A DNA stretch of 64,000 bases from Bacteroidales bacterium. GTDB taxonomy: Bacteria > Bacteroidota > Bacteroidia > Bacteroidales > VadinHA17. The notes under the pieces are model-generated. The model was not told where the DNA came from and did not search any database. It worked only from the letters and a program-made list of their open reading frames with translations. Below, in pieces: positions 50,778 through 59,132 of this stretch (position 1 is its first letter; each line of letters begins with the position of its first letter). The position numbers and the translations under genes are program-made. Location: contig JANTHB010000004.1 of assembly GCA_024762655.1 (NCBI GenBank), positions 9,966 through 73,965 of the forward strand. Reading direction: 5' to 3'.

Positions 50778-50836
50778 TGTTTTGACAAGTAAACAACTTT
50801 TCGGTATCTTGTTTTCCAATCTTAACCTGAAATGAA

Positions 50837-51448
50837 ATGAAAAAAATCTCAACCTTCCTTTTCTTCATTCTGTGTTTCTCTTTTGTTTTTCCGGCTTTTG
50901 CTCAACAAAAGGTGGTTCTCCCCGAACTAAAAGAAAAACAAAAAGGTTTCTTCACAAGGGTAAATCTGGGAATTGCCACGGGAAAAACAAATTTTGGAGA
51001 CTACTTCAACATCACGGGTCCAACCGTTCCTTTCAGTATCCAGGGAGGAACACAAATAAATCAGAATTTAGCATTGTATTTGGTTTTTGGCATGCTGGTC
51101 AATGTCAAACCCGAAGTTTCAGGCGGAGGATATTCCGATCTTGTATCTATCCCTCAATTAGGGGGTGGTTTTTCCTATTATTTCGGCAAGGGAAAAACTT
51201 ATCTCTTTGCAGATATTAACTATGCCGTAACAAGTGTGTCCACCGACGGTTCCTCCGGTAGCACCAACGGAGGATTTGCTGTGAATGGAGGATACGGATA
51301 TGATTTCAACATTATTAGCCGCATAGATATGGGAGCCAACGTATTCTATCATTACAGCTCCATGACCGATAAACCTTCGGCATACGGAGAGCCCCAGGTT
51401 ACCAACAATTTCCTGGGTGTCTGCTTCTCTTTCCGTTTTGGAAGATAG
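50837..51448 (+). CDS. Small outer membrane beta-barrel (porin-family-like) protein
   Basis: A signal peptide (FPAFAQQ), an alternating hydrophobic/Gly-rich strand pattern and a C-terminal CFSFRFGR. Confidence 0.6.
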   Translation: MKKISTFLFFILCFSFVFPAFAQQKVVLPELKEKQKGFFTRVNLGIATGKTNFGDYFNITGPTVPFSIQGGTQINQNLALYLVFGMLVNVKPEVSGGGYSDLVSIPQLGGGFSYYFGKGKTYLFADINYAVTSVSTDGSSGSTNGGFAVNGGYGYDFNIISRIDMGANVFYHYSSMTDKPSAYGEPQVTNNFLGVCFSFRFGR

Positions 51449-51503
51449 CTCTCTTTGAATCCCTCTTAAAGAAGCAGTATCTGAAATTTTCCTGAAAATA
51501 TTT

Positions 51504-51511
51504 TATCTTTG
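51504..51511 (+). promoter_or_regulatory. Bacteroidota -7 box (TATCTTTG) for tRNA-Arg
   Basis: TAnnTTTG, 12 nt upstream of the tRNA 5' end. Confidence 0.5.
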
Positions 51512-51523
51512 CCCTCCGTTTCC

Positions 51524-51595
51524 GGCCCCATAGTTCAAGGGATAGAATAGCGGTTTCCTAAACCGTAGATCCAGGTTCGAGTCCTGGTGGGGCTA
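51524..51595 (+). tRNA. tRNA-Arg (anticodon CCT)
   Basis: Acceptor GGCCCCA pairs with TGGGGCT (G-U at 1-72). The anticodon stem is GCGGT/ACCGT with loop TTCCTAA, and the T-arm is CCAGG-TTCGAGT-CCTGG. Confidence 0.9.
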
Positions 51596-51686
51596 CAAAG
51601 TTAATTTCTTCAGACCTTCGATCATGTTCACTGTTTACGCCTTAATCAGCGACGTGGATGGCCGGATCTATGTCGGATTTACCAAA
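51554..51686 (+). repeat. Direct repeat copy 1 (133 nt): tRNA-Arg 3' part, 28-nt spacer and first 63 nt of the GIY-YIG ORF
   Basis: Matches 51883..52035 base for base, apart from one substitution and a 20-nt insertion in copy 2. Confidence 0.9.
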
Positions 51687-51869
51687 GACCTGGACAACAG
51701 GATCAAGGAGCACAACAGAGGAAAAACTAAATCAACAAAAGGGTTCAGACCCTGGAGGTTATTGTATAGTGAGCTCGCTGAAACAAGGGAGATGGCAAGA
51801 AACCGTGAAAAATATCTCAAATCAGGTTGTGGAAAGGAATTTTTAAAAAATATCGCCTTTCATATATAA
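51624..51869 (+). CDS. Small GIY-YIG nuclease family protein (81 aa)
   Basis: VYALIS...GRIYVGFT (GIY/YIG blocks), KEHN and REKYLK. The gene lies immediately downstream of the tRNA. Confidence 0.85.
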   Translation: MFTVYALISDVDGRIYVGFTKDLDNRIKEHNRGKTKSTKGFRPWRLLYSELAETREMARNREKYLKSGCGKEFLKNIAFHI

Positions 51870-51882
51870 TGAATATTATACT

Positions 51883-51944
51883 TTTCCTAAACCGTAGATC
51901 CAGGTTCCCTGCCTGCCGGCAGGCAGGGAGTCCTGGTGGGGCTA
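51883..51944 (+). pseudogene. tRNA-Arg 3' fragment (anticodon loop to discriminator) with a 20-nt hairpin-forming insertion in the T-loop; no 5' half
   Basis: It starts at TTTCCTAAACCGTAG and lacks the acceptor 5' strand and D-arm. The T-loop TTCGAGT is interrupted after TTC. Confidence 0.8.
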
Positions 51945-52035
51945 CAAAGTTAATTTCTTCAGACCTTCGATCATGTTCACTGTTTACGCCTTAATCAGCG
52001 ACGTGGATAGCCGGATCTATGTCGGATTTACCAAA
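51883..52035 (+). repeat. Direct repeat copy 2 (153 nt = 133 + 20-nt palindromic insertion)
   Basis: Same sequence as 51554..51686, with G>A at 52009 (against 51660) and the insertion CCTGCCTGCCGGCAGGCAGG at 51908..51927. Confidence 0.9.
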
Positions 52036-52038
52036 TAG
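51973..52038 (+). pseudogene. Truncated 5' fragment of the GIY-YIG gene (21 codons then TAG)
   Basis: It encodes MFTVYALISDVDSRIYVGFTK*. Similarity to the intact gene ends at 52035. Confidence 0.8.
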
Positions 52039-52115
52039 AAGACGTCGCGGTCCTGCCATACCGGGAGGACTCCTGTCATCCCCTTTCCCATGGCATCAAT
52101 GGATAAAGATTTTTT

Positions 52116-53834
52116 TTACAAATGCTGAATAATAATTTTTGTCGTATACATCAATTCATCATCTGTATATAACCTCATAATGTACATTCCGGATTTAAGG
52201 TCTTCAACGGGAATTCCCCCTTCATAAATACCGGATCCCAAATCTTTTTGTAACACGACTTGCCCGTTGAGGTTAATAATAACTACTTTTGTTTGGGTAG
52301 TTATATTGGTGCCGGTATTAATATGAATAACCTCACCGGCCGGATTCGGATAAACCATCCATTGTCCCTTCTTTAATTCATCAATCCCGGAAAACAATCC
52401 GTAATAATACCAGTATTTCATATTGGTGACCCATCCCTCATTTTCGTCCCATGAAAAGCTAATCTGATATATTATCCTGTCGTCAGAATCGTAACCGTAC
52501 TCCTGTCTTGAAGTAAGGATTGGGCCCGGTCCAAACTCTTCTGCAATCATCCGGTTTTGTTCATCATAATAATATTTACGTTGGAGCACGATGCCCGATT
52601 TATCCCAACCTGTGAAAGAGGTTCTTTTACCTGCATTATTATAGGTTCTCTCGCATCCGAAAAAGAGAACCCACGATGAAACATTGGTGTCCCATGCGTA
52701 ATACATGGATGAAAGACACCTTCCTTCTTCATCGTGTACATATTCATCAAGTTCGGCATATTTCCAGTCAGCATCCGTGTCATCCCATGCATAGATCGTA
52801 TCAACCTCACGTAACCCCTCATGGGTATACAGTATTCTGGAATCATTGTGCCATAATGTATCCGGCCAGCTACGCGCAAGTATCAGACTCTCCCGGAGTG
52901 TGTCTCCCGTATCATTGTAATAATATATCTCGTGTTTCGTCAGAAACCAGTCGGCAATAGAGTTCTGATAATAAAAGGTATTATAGTACCTCCCATATAC
53001 CTCCTCATATTTTATCGAGTCAACCCATTGCTGGTTATCCATCGACCACTCGTAATATATATTCACACTTGAGGTGTCGGATAAAACATTTTCCCATTTA
53101 TAGTTAAACCTCCATTCACTTTTATCATTATTCCACAGGTAATATACCAAAGCCTTCGACGCTCCGCTATCGTCGGAAACTGATTCCCATTTATATACTC
53201 CGAAAAGTGTATTAGAGAAATCATCCCATAAATATTTTTCTTTCATGATCATCCTGTCATTTTCATCATATGCGTAATTACTGAGATCATATAACTTCCA
53301 TTTAGCATTGTCTTCATCCCATAAATATTCTGCTTCACGGATTGTTCTTCCCTTTTCATCATACCCGTACTCCCACTTCACCTCGTTTTTCCAAATCATA
53401 CTGTGTTCATCATATCTCCGGGTTATCTTTTTGGTTAACCAGGGATGTAGATCATAATAGAAAACGGTCGCAACGGATCGGGTCGAGTCTCCGCCAGATA
53501 ATTTATAGCCCACCAAAGAATCCAGCACAAAAATTTCCGAATCGGGAGGTACCGGCTCCATTTTCAACATCCCCCTGCCCTCAGTCAAAAGGGCGGAAAT
53601 TTCAGTTTTTTCTTTCTTCCCGGACAGATCTGGCGGTAAGAATTTCCCTCGGCTATACCACCGGTTTTCTTCCGGCAACGAAATGATCTTCTCCTCCGGA
53701 ACCTTCCTGTCCTGTTTTTCCTGCATACGGTACCATTCACGTATGGGAATACTCCTTTTCTGCCCGGATACGGGTAAAAAAGAAACGATCCCCAGAAACA
53801 AAACTATAGTAAATAAAAAGGCTTTTCCTTTCAT
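52116..53834 (-). CDS. T9SS-sorted repeat protein with degenerate YD-like / W-D-x4-W repeats
   Basis: A signal peptide (MKGKAFLF...VSGQ) and recurring Y.YD..(G/D)R motifs (YGYDEKGR, YAYDENDR, YVHDEEGR, YYYDEQNR, YGYDSDDR). The C-terminus VYPNPAGEVIHIN...GMYIMRLYT fits the T9SS CTD pattern. Confidence 0.78.
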   Translation of the reverse strand: MKGKAFLFTIVLFLGIVSFLPVSGQKRSIPIREWYRMQEKQDRKVPEEKIISLPEENRWYSRGKFLPPDLSGKKEKTEISALLTEGRGMLKMEPVPPDSEIFVLDSLVGYKLSGGDSTRSVATVFYYDLHPWLTKKITRRYDEHSMIWKNEVKWEYGYDEKGRTIREAEYLWDEDNAKWKLYDLSNYAYDENDRMIMKEKYLWDDFSNTLFGVYKWESVSDDSGASKALVYYLWNNDKSEWRFNYKWENVLSDTSSVNIYYEWSMDNQQWVDSIKYEEVYGRYYNTFYYQNSIADWFLTKHEIYYYNDTGDTLRESLILARSWPDTLWHNDSRILYTHEGLREVDTIYAWDDTDADWKYAELDEYVHDEEGRCLSSMYYAWDTNVSSWVLFFGCERTYNNAGKRTSFTGWDKSGIVLQRKYYYDEQNRMIAEEFGPGPILTSRQEYGYDSDDRIIYQISFSWDENEGWVTNMKYWYYYGLFSGIDELKKGQWMVYPNPAGEVIHINTGTNITTQTKVVIINLNGQVVLQKDLGSGIYEGGIPVEDLKSGMYIMRLYTDDELMYTTKIIIQHL

Positions 53835-53961
53835 AATTATGCCCTTATATTTAATAAAGTTACAAAACATTCATTGAATTTCAAAATTTCTCCTTTTTTC
53901 AGGTTCCGGAATTGGCTGCGAAGGTTTTTTTAACCCGGGCAAATCGTTTATTTTCGCAGCC

Positions 53962-54885
53962 ATGAGGGTTTTTTTCTCCAAACGGCTTGTTTCCTGTGAA
54001 TGCTGTCCCAGGCATTGCAAGATCAACCGGCTGGCCGGTGAGTTATCTTTTTGCCGTACCGGGGCCAAAGCCATGGTGGCTCATGCCGGCCTGCATTATG
54101 GAGAAGAGCCTCCCATCTCCGGAACAACCGGCTCCGGCACTATTTTTTTTGCAGGCTGCAACCTGCGATGTGCATTTTGCCAAAACTGGCAGATCAGTCA
54201 GCGCTTTGATAAATCCACCGTACGTGAAATGAACCCTGGGGATATCGCTGATGAGATGCTCCGTCTGCAAGAGGCAGGAGCCCACAACATCAACCTTGTG
54301 TCGCCTTCTCATGTGGTTTGGCAGATTGCCGATGCCATCCTTCTGGCCAGAAATCAGGGTCTGAACATCCCGGTGGTATATAACTCGGGTGGCTATGATT
54401 CGGTTGAAGCCCTTCGCGCCATCACAGGACTGATAGACATTTACATGCCCGACATCAAATACATGGACAATACCCTGGCAAAAAAATTCTCCGGAGCAGG
54501 GGACTATGCCGACATCGTCCCCGGCGTGCTTGAAGAGATGTTCCGGCAGACCGGTTCGCTGGAAACCGATGCAGAGGGTGTCGCCATCAAAGGGATACTC
54601 GTCAGACATCTGGTTCTGCCCGGCCATCCTGAAAACAGCCGGAAATGTCTCGGGATGATCGCATCCCTGTCTCCTGCCATCCCGGTCAGTCTGATGTCTC
54701 AATATACTCCGCAATTCAGGGCAGCCAACCATCCGGAAATCAACCGCCGTATAAACGCAGAGGAATATTATGAACTCGTTGATTATGCAGGTTCCCTCGG
54801 ATTTAAAACCCTTTTTACCCAGGACATTTCCAGCCAGGATCACTATCTGCCGGATTTTGAAAAAAACAGCCCTTTTGAAAACTAA
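53962..54885 (+). CDS. Radical SAM protein, PflX-like (pyruvate formate-lyase activase homologue)
   Basis: An N-terminal Cys cluster (CECCPRHC...FC) and the canonical CNLRCAFCQN CX3CX2C motif. Confidence 0.82.
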   Translation: MRVFFSKRLVSCECCPRHCKINRLAGELSFCRTGAKAMVAHAGLHYGEEPPISGTTGSGTIFFAGCNLRCAFCQNWQISQRFDKSTVREMNPGDIADEMLRLQEAGAHNINLVSPSHVVWQIADAILLARNQGLNIPVVYNSGGYDSVEALRAITGLIDIYMPDIKYMDNTLAKKFSGAGDYADIVPGVLEEMFRQTGSLETDAEGVAIKGILVRHLVLPGHPENSRKCLGMIASLSPAIPVSLMSQYTPQFRAANHPEINRRINAEEYYELVDYAGSLGFKTLFTQDISSQDHYLPDFEKNSPFEN

Positions 54886-55012
54886 CCGGAATCTCAATTA
54901 ATTTATACTTTTGTACATACGATAACGGTATATTTTTTGTTATACTTAAAAGCATTTTGTGCAAACGGTTTTCAGCGGTTGTACGTATGTTATTCTATTA
55001 AATACCAACAAG

Positions 55013-55699
55013 ATGATCAAAAAGATAATTTTCCTTTCATTTCTTTTTTCGGCAGGCACACTGGCGTGGGCCCAGGACGAAAATATTCGTTTGCTGGATG
55101 ATTTCCGTGTACATCAGGAAGCTACCAATCCGTATGCAGGAATCCTCACCTACAGTGACATTAAAGGATCTCCCTATCTTTTCTCCGATTATCGTGATGC
55201 GGATATTTATATGAAAGACGGTACCCGTTACCGGGGCAAGATCCGGTATGATCTGTATACCGATGAAATGGAATATCAGATAAAAAACAAAACCTTTTGG
55301 CTGGCCCCCAGGGAGAATATAAAAAAGATCATACTGGATGGCAGAACGTTCCTGTATCTGAAAAATAAGAAAAATTCAAACAAAGGGGGGTATTATGAGT
55401 TGCTAGTGGACGGACCCTGTCAGCTGCTGGCCAAACACCTGGTCAATTTTCAGGAAGCCGAAAAGGCCAAACCTTACCAGGATCCAAAACCGGCCCGGTT
55501 TGAACCTAAAAAAAACCTTTTCTACCTGAAAAAAGACCCTCAACCCCTGTTCCTGGTCCGGAACAAAAAAACGTTGCCTGATTACCTGCAGGATAAGCGC
55601 AGTGAAATCGTAACATTTATCAAAAAAAACCACTTTTCCGTTTCCAGAGAAAAGGATCTGATAAAGATTGTGAAATACTATAACAGCCTGTCTCGCTGA
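55013..55699 (+). CDS. Exported hypothetical protein
   Basis: A signal peptide (MIKKIIFLSFLFSAGTLAWAQ) and no recognisable motif. Confidence 0.55.
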   Translation: MIKKIIFLSFLFSAGTLAWAQDENIRLLDDFRVHQEATNPYAGILTYSDIKGSPYLFSDYRDADIYMKDGTRYRGKIRYDLYTDEMEYQIKNKTFWLAPRENIKKIILDGRTFLYLKNKKNSNKGGYYELLVDGPCQLLAKHLVNFQEAEKAKPYQDPKPARFEPKKNLFYLKKDPQPLFLVRNKKTLPDYLQDKRSEIVTFIKKNHFSVSREKDLIKIVKYYNSLSR

Positions 55700-55740
55700 T
55701 TTTCTGCAAGAAGTGGGCTGGTTCCCCGGAATCGGCAGGA

Positions 55741-55932
55741 TCATACTTCCGGTTCCCAATCTTCTATGATTAACCTTTTCCCGTATTTCCGGACCACCAG
55801 TTTCTGCCGGTCCCTCCACCCCATATCTTTGATATAATCCATCGGGATGACCAGGGCATAACTGGTGCCACCGGCAATCTTCGTCAAATGTCTGACATAA
55901 CTCTTTTCCGGTTTCTTCTTACCTTTTGCCAT
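55741..55932 (-). CDS. AbrB/MazE/SpoVT-type (swapped-hairpin) DNA-binding protein, with no adjacent toxin
   Basis: 63 aa. The segment SYALVIPMDYIKDMGWRDRQKLVVRKYGKRLIIE resembles the SpoVT-AbrB fold pattern. Confidence 0.65.
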   Translation of the reverse strand: MAKGKKKPEKSYVRHLTKIAGGTSYALVIPMDYIKDMGWRDRQKLVVRKYGKRLIIEDWEPEV

Positions 55933-55960
55933 AACTTTACCTTTTTAATTTCCGGTTATA

Positions 55961-55988
55961 TCTCCTACGTAGGCGCCTACGTAGGAGA
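55961..55988. promoter_or_regulatory. 28-bp perfect palindrome TCTCCTACGTAGGCGCCTACGTAGGAGA (two copies of the palindromic CCTACGTAGG), candidate operator or 5'-UTR hairpin
   Basis: It equals its own reverse complement. It lies 28 nt upstream of the AbrB-like start codon and 11 nt downstream of a TATATTTG -7 box. Confidence 0.6.
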
Positions 55989-55999
55989 CATTCCTTACA

Positions 56000-56007
56000 C
56001 AAATATA
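56000..56007 (-). promoter_or_regulatory. Bacteroidota -7 box (TATATTTG) for the AbrB-like gene
   Basis: TAnnTTTG on the minus strand. Confidence 0.4.
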
Positions 56008-56131
56008 AGAAACTATTTGATAACCGGTTAAACAAAAACATATTCATACGGTTTTTCCAGCAATTCAAACCTCCCGGTTTTGGGCAAATTCAAAAAAATA
56101 CCGTTAATTTGTATAGCTTAATATTTCAGGT

Positions 56132-56668
56132 ATGAATTACATTGATCTGGTCCTGGCCGTTTTTTTGTTATGGGGCGCGATAAAGGGGTTTAAAAACGGT
56201 CTTATCATTGAAACAGCCTCTCTGGCAGCTTTATTTCTGGGCATATACGGTGCGCTGCGTTTTTCCTTTTATACTTCCGATATACTGGTGGAAAAATTCC
56301 ATATGGCCACCCGTTATCTCCATATTGTTTCTTTTGCGATTACTTTCATCGTAATCGTAATTCTGGTTCATCTCCTGGCAAAAGCACTGGACAAGCTGGT
56401 AAAGGCGGTGGCCCTGGGTTTCATCAACCGGCTGACGGGAATTCTGCTGGGCATCACAAAGGTTGCATTTGTTCTGAGCCTTTTGCTGTTACTGATTAAC
56501 GCGACAGACCGGAAGGCGCATTTTATGCCTCAGGATAAAATCAGGGAATCCTTACTGTACGATCCTATTGCCCGCTTCGCTCCCACGCTCTTTATGTATC
56601 TTCATTTTGATATCCGGAAACCTTTGGAAAAAGCCGCACCTGTAAAAAAAGCCCCGCTTACAATCTGA
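56132..56668 (+). CDS. cvpA: CvpA family membrane protein
   Basis: The N-terminal [22 protein letters not shown] and four TM segments, typical of colicin V production protein family members. Confidence 0.78.
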   Translation: MNYIDLVLAVFLLWGAIKGFKNGLIIETASLAALFLGIYGALRFSFYTSDILVEKFHMATRYLHIVSFAITFIVIVILVHLLAKALDKLVKAVALGFINRLTGILLGITKVAFVLSLLLLLINATDRKAHFMPQDKIRESLLYDPIARFAPTLFMYLHFDIRKPLEKAAPVKKAPLTI

Positions 56669-56741
56669 AACCCTTATTACTTTTCTGAATGTTTGCGTCG
56701 TTATTGTCGCAGACACTATTTTCTATTGCAGATTTTGGACT

Positions 56742-56749
56742 TATCTTTG
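56742..56749 (+). promoter_or_regulatory. Bacteroidota -7 box (TATCTTTG) upstream of tyrS
   Basis: TAnnTTTG, 25 nt upstream of the ATG at 56775. Confidence 0.4.
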
Positions 56750-56774
56750 CCCCTGTCCCAAACTTGTAAAAGCT

Positions 56775-58070
56775 ATGAATTTTGTAGAAGAGTTACGCTG
56801 GCGAGGCATGATCCATGATATCATGCCCGGAACGGAAGAACAACTTAAAAAAGAAATGACGACCGGCTATATCGGTTTTGACCCGACCGCCGACTCTTTG
56901 CATATCGGAAACCTGGTTGGCATCATGCTGTTGAAGCACTTTCAGCTGAAAGGACACCGGCCGGTGGTGCTGATCGGTGGAGCTACCGGAATGATCGGAG
57001 ACCCTTCGGGCAAATCGCAGGAGAGAAACCTGCTGGACGAAAAAACCCTGCGCCATAACCAGGAAGGGATAAAACGGCAACTGACACACTTCCTGGATTT
57101 CGATACCGGAAAAGCCAACGATGCCGTAATGGTCAACAACTATGACTGGATGAAGGAATATACTTTCCTGGATTTTATCCGGGACATTGGGAAACATATC
57201 ACCGTAAATTACATGATGTCCAAGGAATCGGTCCGGAAACGGCTGGACCCTTCCAATAAAAACGGAATGTCTTTTACTGAGTTTTCCTACCAACTGGTGC
57301 AGGGCACCGACTTTCTTCATCTCTACCAGACCATGAACTGCAAACTGCAGATGGGAGGGTCCGATCAATGGGGGAATATTGTTACCGGCACCGAGTTGAT
57401 CCGCCGCAAGCTCGGAGGCGAAGCCTTTGCCCTGACCAGCCCGTTGATCACCAAAGCTGACGGGGGGAAGTTTGGTAAAACGGAGTCAGGCAATGTCTGG
57501 CTGGATCCCAAACGAACCTCCCCTTACAAGTTCTATCAGTTCTGGTTGAACGTGTCGGATGAAGATGCGGAAAGATTCATTAAGATCTTCACCCTGTTCT
57601 CAAAAGAAGAAATTGATGATCTCATCCGGCAGCACAGAGAAGCCCCACACACGCGTCTTTTGCAGAAGACCATGGCCCGCGAAATCACGGAACTGGTTCA
57701 CGGGAAAGAAGCCCTCCAGGGAGCAGAAGAAGCCTCCCGCATTCTTTTCGGAAAAGGAACCACCGAGTCGCTGCAACACATGGATGAGGCTACGTTTCTG
57801 GATGTTTTTGAAGGGGTGCCAACTTTTGAAATCGACGCATCCTTTCTGGAATCCACCCCCCCGGTTACGGAACTGCTGGTGGAAAAAACCGGTGTTTTCT
57901 CCTCCAAAGGGGAGCTCCGCAGACTGATAAGCGGCGGCGGCTTATCCATCAATAAAGAAAAAATATCCAGCCCAGACAAGCAAATCACTCCACAGGACCT
58001 TATCAGCAATAAATATATCCTGATTCAGAAAGGGAAAAAAAACTATTACTTAATAAAATTAAAAAATTAA
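56775..58070 (+). CDS. tyrS: Tyrosine--tRNA ligase
   Basis: A HIGH-type motif (LHIGN), a KMSKS-type motif (KFGKT) and a C-terminal S4-like domain. Confidence 0.95.
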   Translation: MNFVEELRWRGMIHDIMPGTEEQLKKEMTTGYIGFDPTADSLHIGNLVGIMLLKHFQLKGHRPVVLIGGATGMIGDPSGKSQERNLLDEKTLRHNQEGIKRQLTHFLDFDTGKANDAVMVNNYDWMKEYTFLDFIRDIGKHITVNYMMSKESVRKRLDPSNKNGMSFTEFSYQLVQGTDFLHLYQTMNCKLQMGGSDQWGNIVTGTELIRRKLGGEAFALTSPLITKADGGKFGKTESGNVWLDPKRTSPYKFYQFWLNVSDEDAERFIKIFTLFSKEEIDDLIRQHREAPHTRLLQKTMAREITELVHGKEALQGAEEASRILFGKGTTESLQHMDEATFLDVFEGVPTFEIDASFLESTPPVTELLVEKTGVFSSKGELRRLISGGGLSINKEKISSPDKQITPQDLISNKYILIQKGKKNYYLIKLKN

Positions 58071-58107
58071 CGTTCCTTTTCTAACAGCCTTTTTAATAAA
58101 CCAAAAA

Positions 58108-59118
58108 ATGCTCATGAAAGAAGATAACGCAAAATTCAGGACCTTCGATTTTTTTTCATTTCTGTGGAAATATCGCCTCCCCATCCTTATCGTAACCATC
58201 ACAGGGATGATTGCTTCGGTAGTTATTTCTCTTCTAATCACTCCGAGGTTTTCCGCAGAGGTTATTTTATATCCTTCCGCTTCTTCTTCCGTTTCCAAAA
58301 CCCTGATTTCAACCCAATGGGTAGGGAACAAGGATATTCTCTCTTTCGGGGATGAAGAAGAAACCGAACGGCTATTACAGATTCTGCAATCCGACCGTAT
58401 CCGGAATAGAATGATACATAAATTCAATCTGTTTGAACATTACGATATCAAACCCGATGAAAAATATAAATACACCAAATTAGAGAATAAACTAAAAAAA
58501 AATATTTCCTTTCGTAAAACCGAATATATGGCTGTGCGCATCCGGGTGCTGGACAAGGATCCGGTCCTGGCTGCCGAGATGGCCAATACCCTGGCAACAT
58601 TGCTGGATTCCACCATTACCGTTTTACAGAAAGAGAAGGCACAAAAAGCTTTTTCCCTGGTCCGGGAAGAATATATGAAGTTGCAACAGGAAGTAAATGA
58701 GCTGCAGGATTCCCTGGTATATCTGAGCAATCTGGGGGTTTATGATGTGTCTTCCCAGTCCAGAGGTCTCAACGAAGCTTTTGCCGATGCCGTACGAAAC
58801 AATGACCAAAATACACTGAAAAACATTCAGCATAAACTGCAGGTCCTTTCCAAATACGGCGGTTCTTTTCTGACACTCCGGGATAAAATCTCCTTCTACA
58901 TTGAACGGCTAAGCAATCTGCGGATAAAATACTCGGAAGCACGCGTCGATGCAGAGCAGGATCTCCCTCACATTTACGTAGTAAAAAAAGCTGAAGTCCC
59001 GGATAAAAAGGCAACGCCAAAGCGGTCTCTTATTGTCATGGCCACCACCCTTTCGGTATTTTTGTTTGCGGTGATTTTATTGCTGATCATTGAAGCTATC
59101 CGTTCGAGAACAGACTAA
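58108..59118 (+). CDS. Wzz/chain-length-determinant-like polysaccharide co-polymerase
   Basis: An N-terminal TM segment following FDFFSFLWKYR, a long coiled periplasmic region and a C-terminal TM segment. Confidence 0.72.
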   Translation: MLMKEDNAKFRTFDFFSFLWKYRLPILIVTITGMIASVVISLLITPRFSAEVILYPSASSSVSKTLISTQWVGNKDILSFGDEEETERLLQILQSDRIRNRMIHKFNLFEHYDIKPDEKYKYTKLENKLKKNISFRKTEYMAVRIRVLDKDPVLAAEMANTLATLLDSTITVLQKEKAQKAFSLVREEYMKLQQEVNELQDSLVYLSNLGVYDVSSQSRGLNEAFADAVRNNDQNTLKNIQHKLQVLSKYGGSFLTLRDKISFYIERLSNLRIKYSEARVDAEQDLPHIYVVKKAEVPDKKATPKRSLIVMATTLSVFLFAVILLLIIEAIRSRTD

Positions 59119-59132
59119 AATACCGCTGCACT

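Noticed and set aside
51524-51944. Possibility that the GIY-YIG gene is a group I intron-encoded homing endonuclease interrupting tRNA-Arg(CCT)
   Set aside because: The first tRNA copy (51524-51595) is complete and uninterrupted. The sequence between the repeats is only ~290 nt and is mostly ORF, too short for a recognisable group I intron core. The tandem-duplication or att-like description fits better.
54043-54897. 284-aa ORF antisense to almost the whole radical SAM gene
   Set aside because: The sense strand carries the canonical CX3CX2C radical SAM motif. The antisense translation has no recognisable features. The long open frame probably reflects the locally higher GC content and codon bias.
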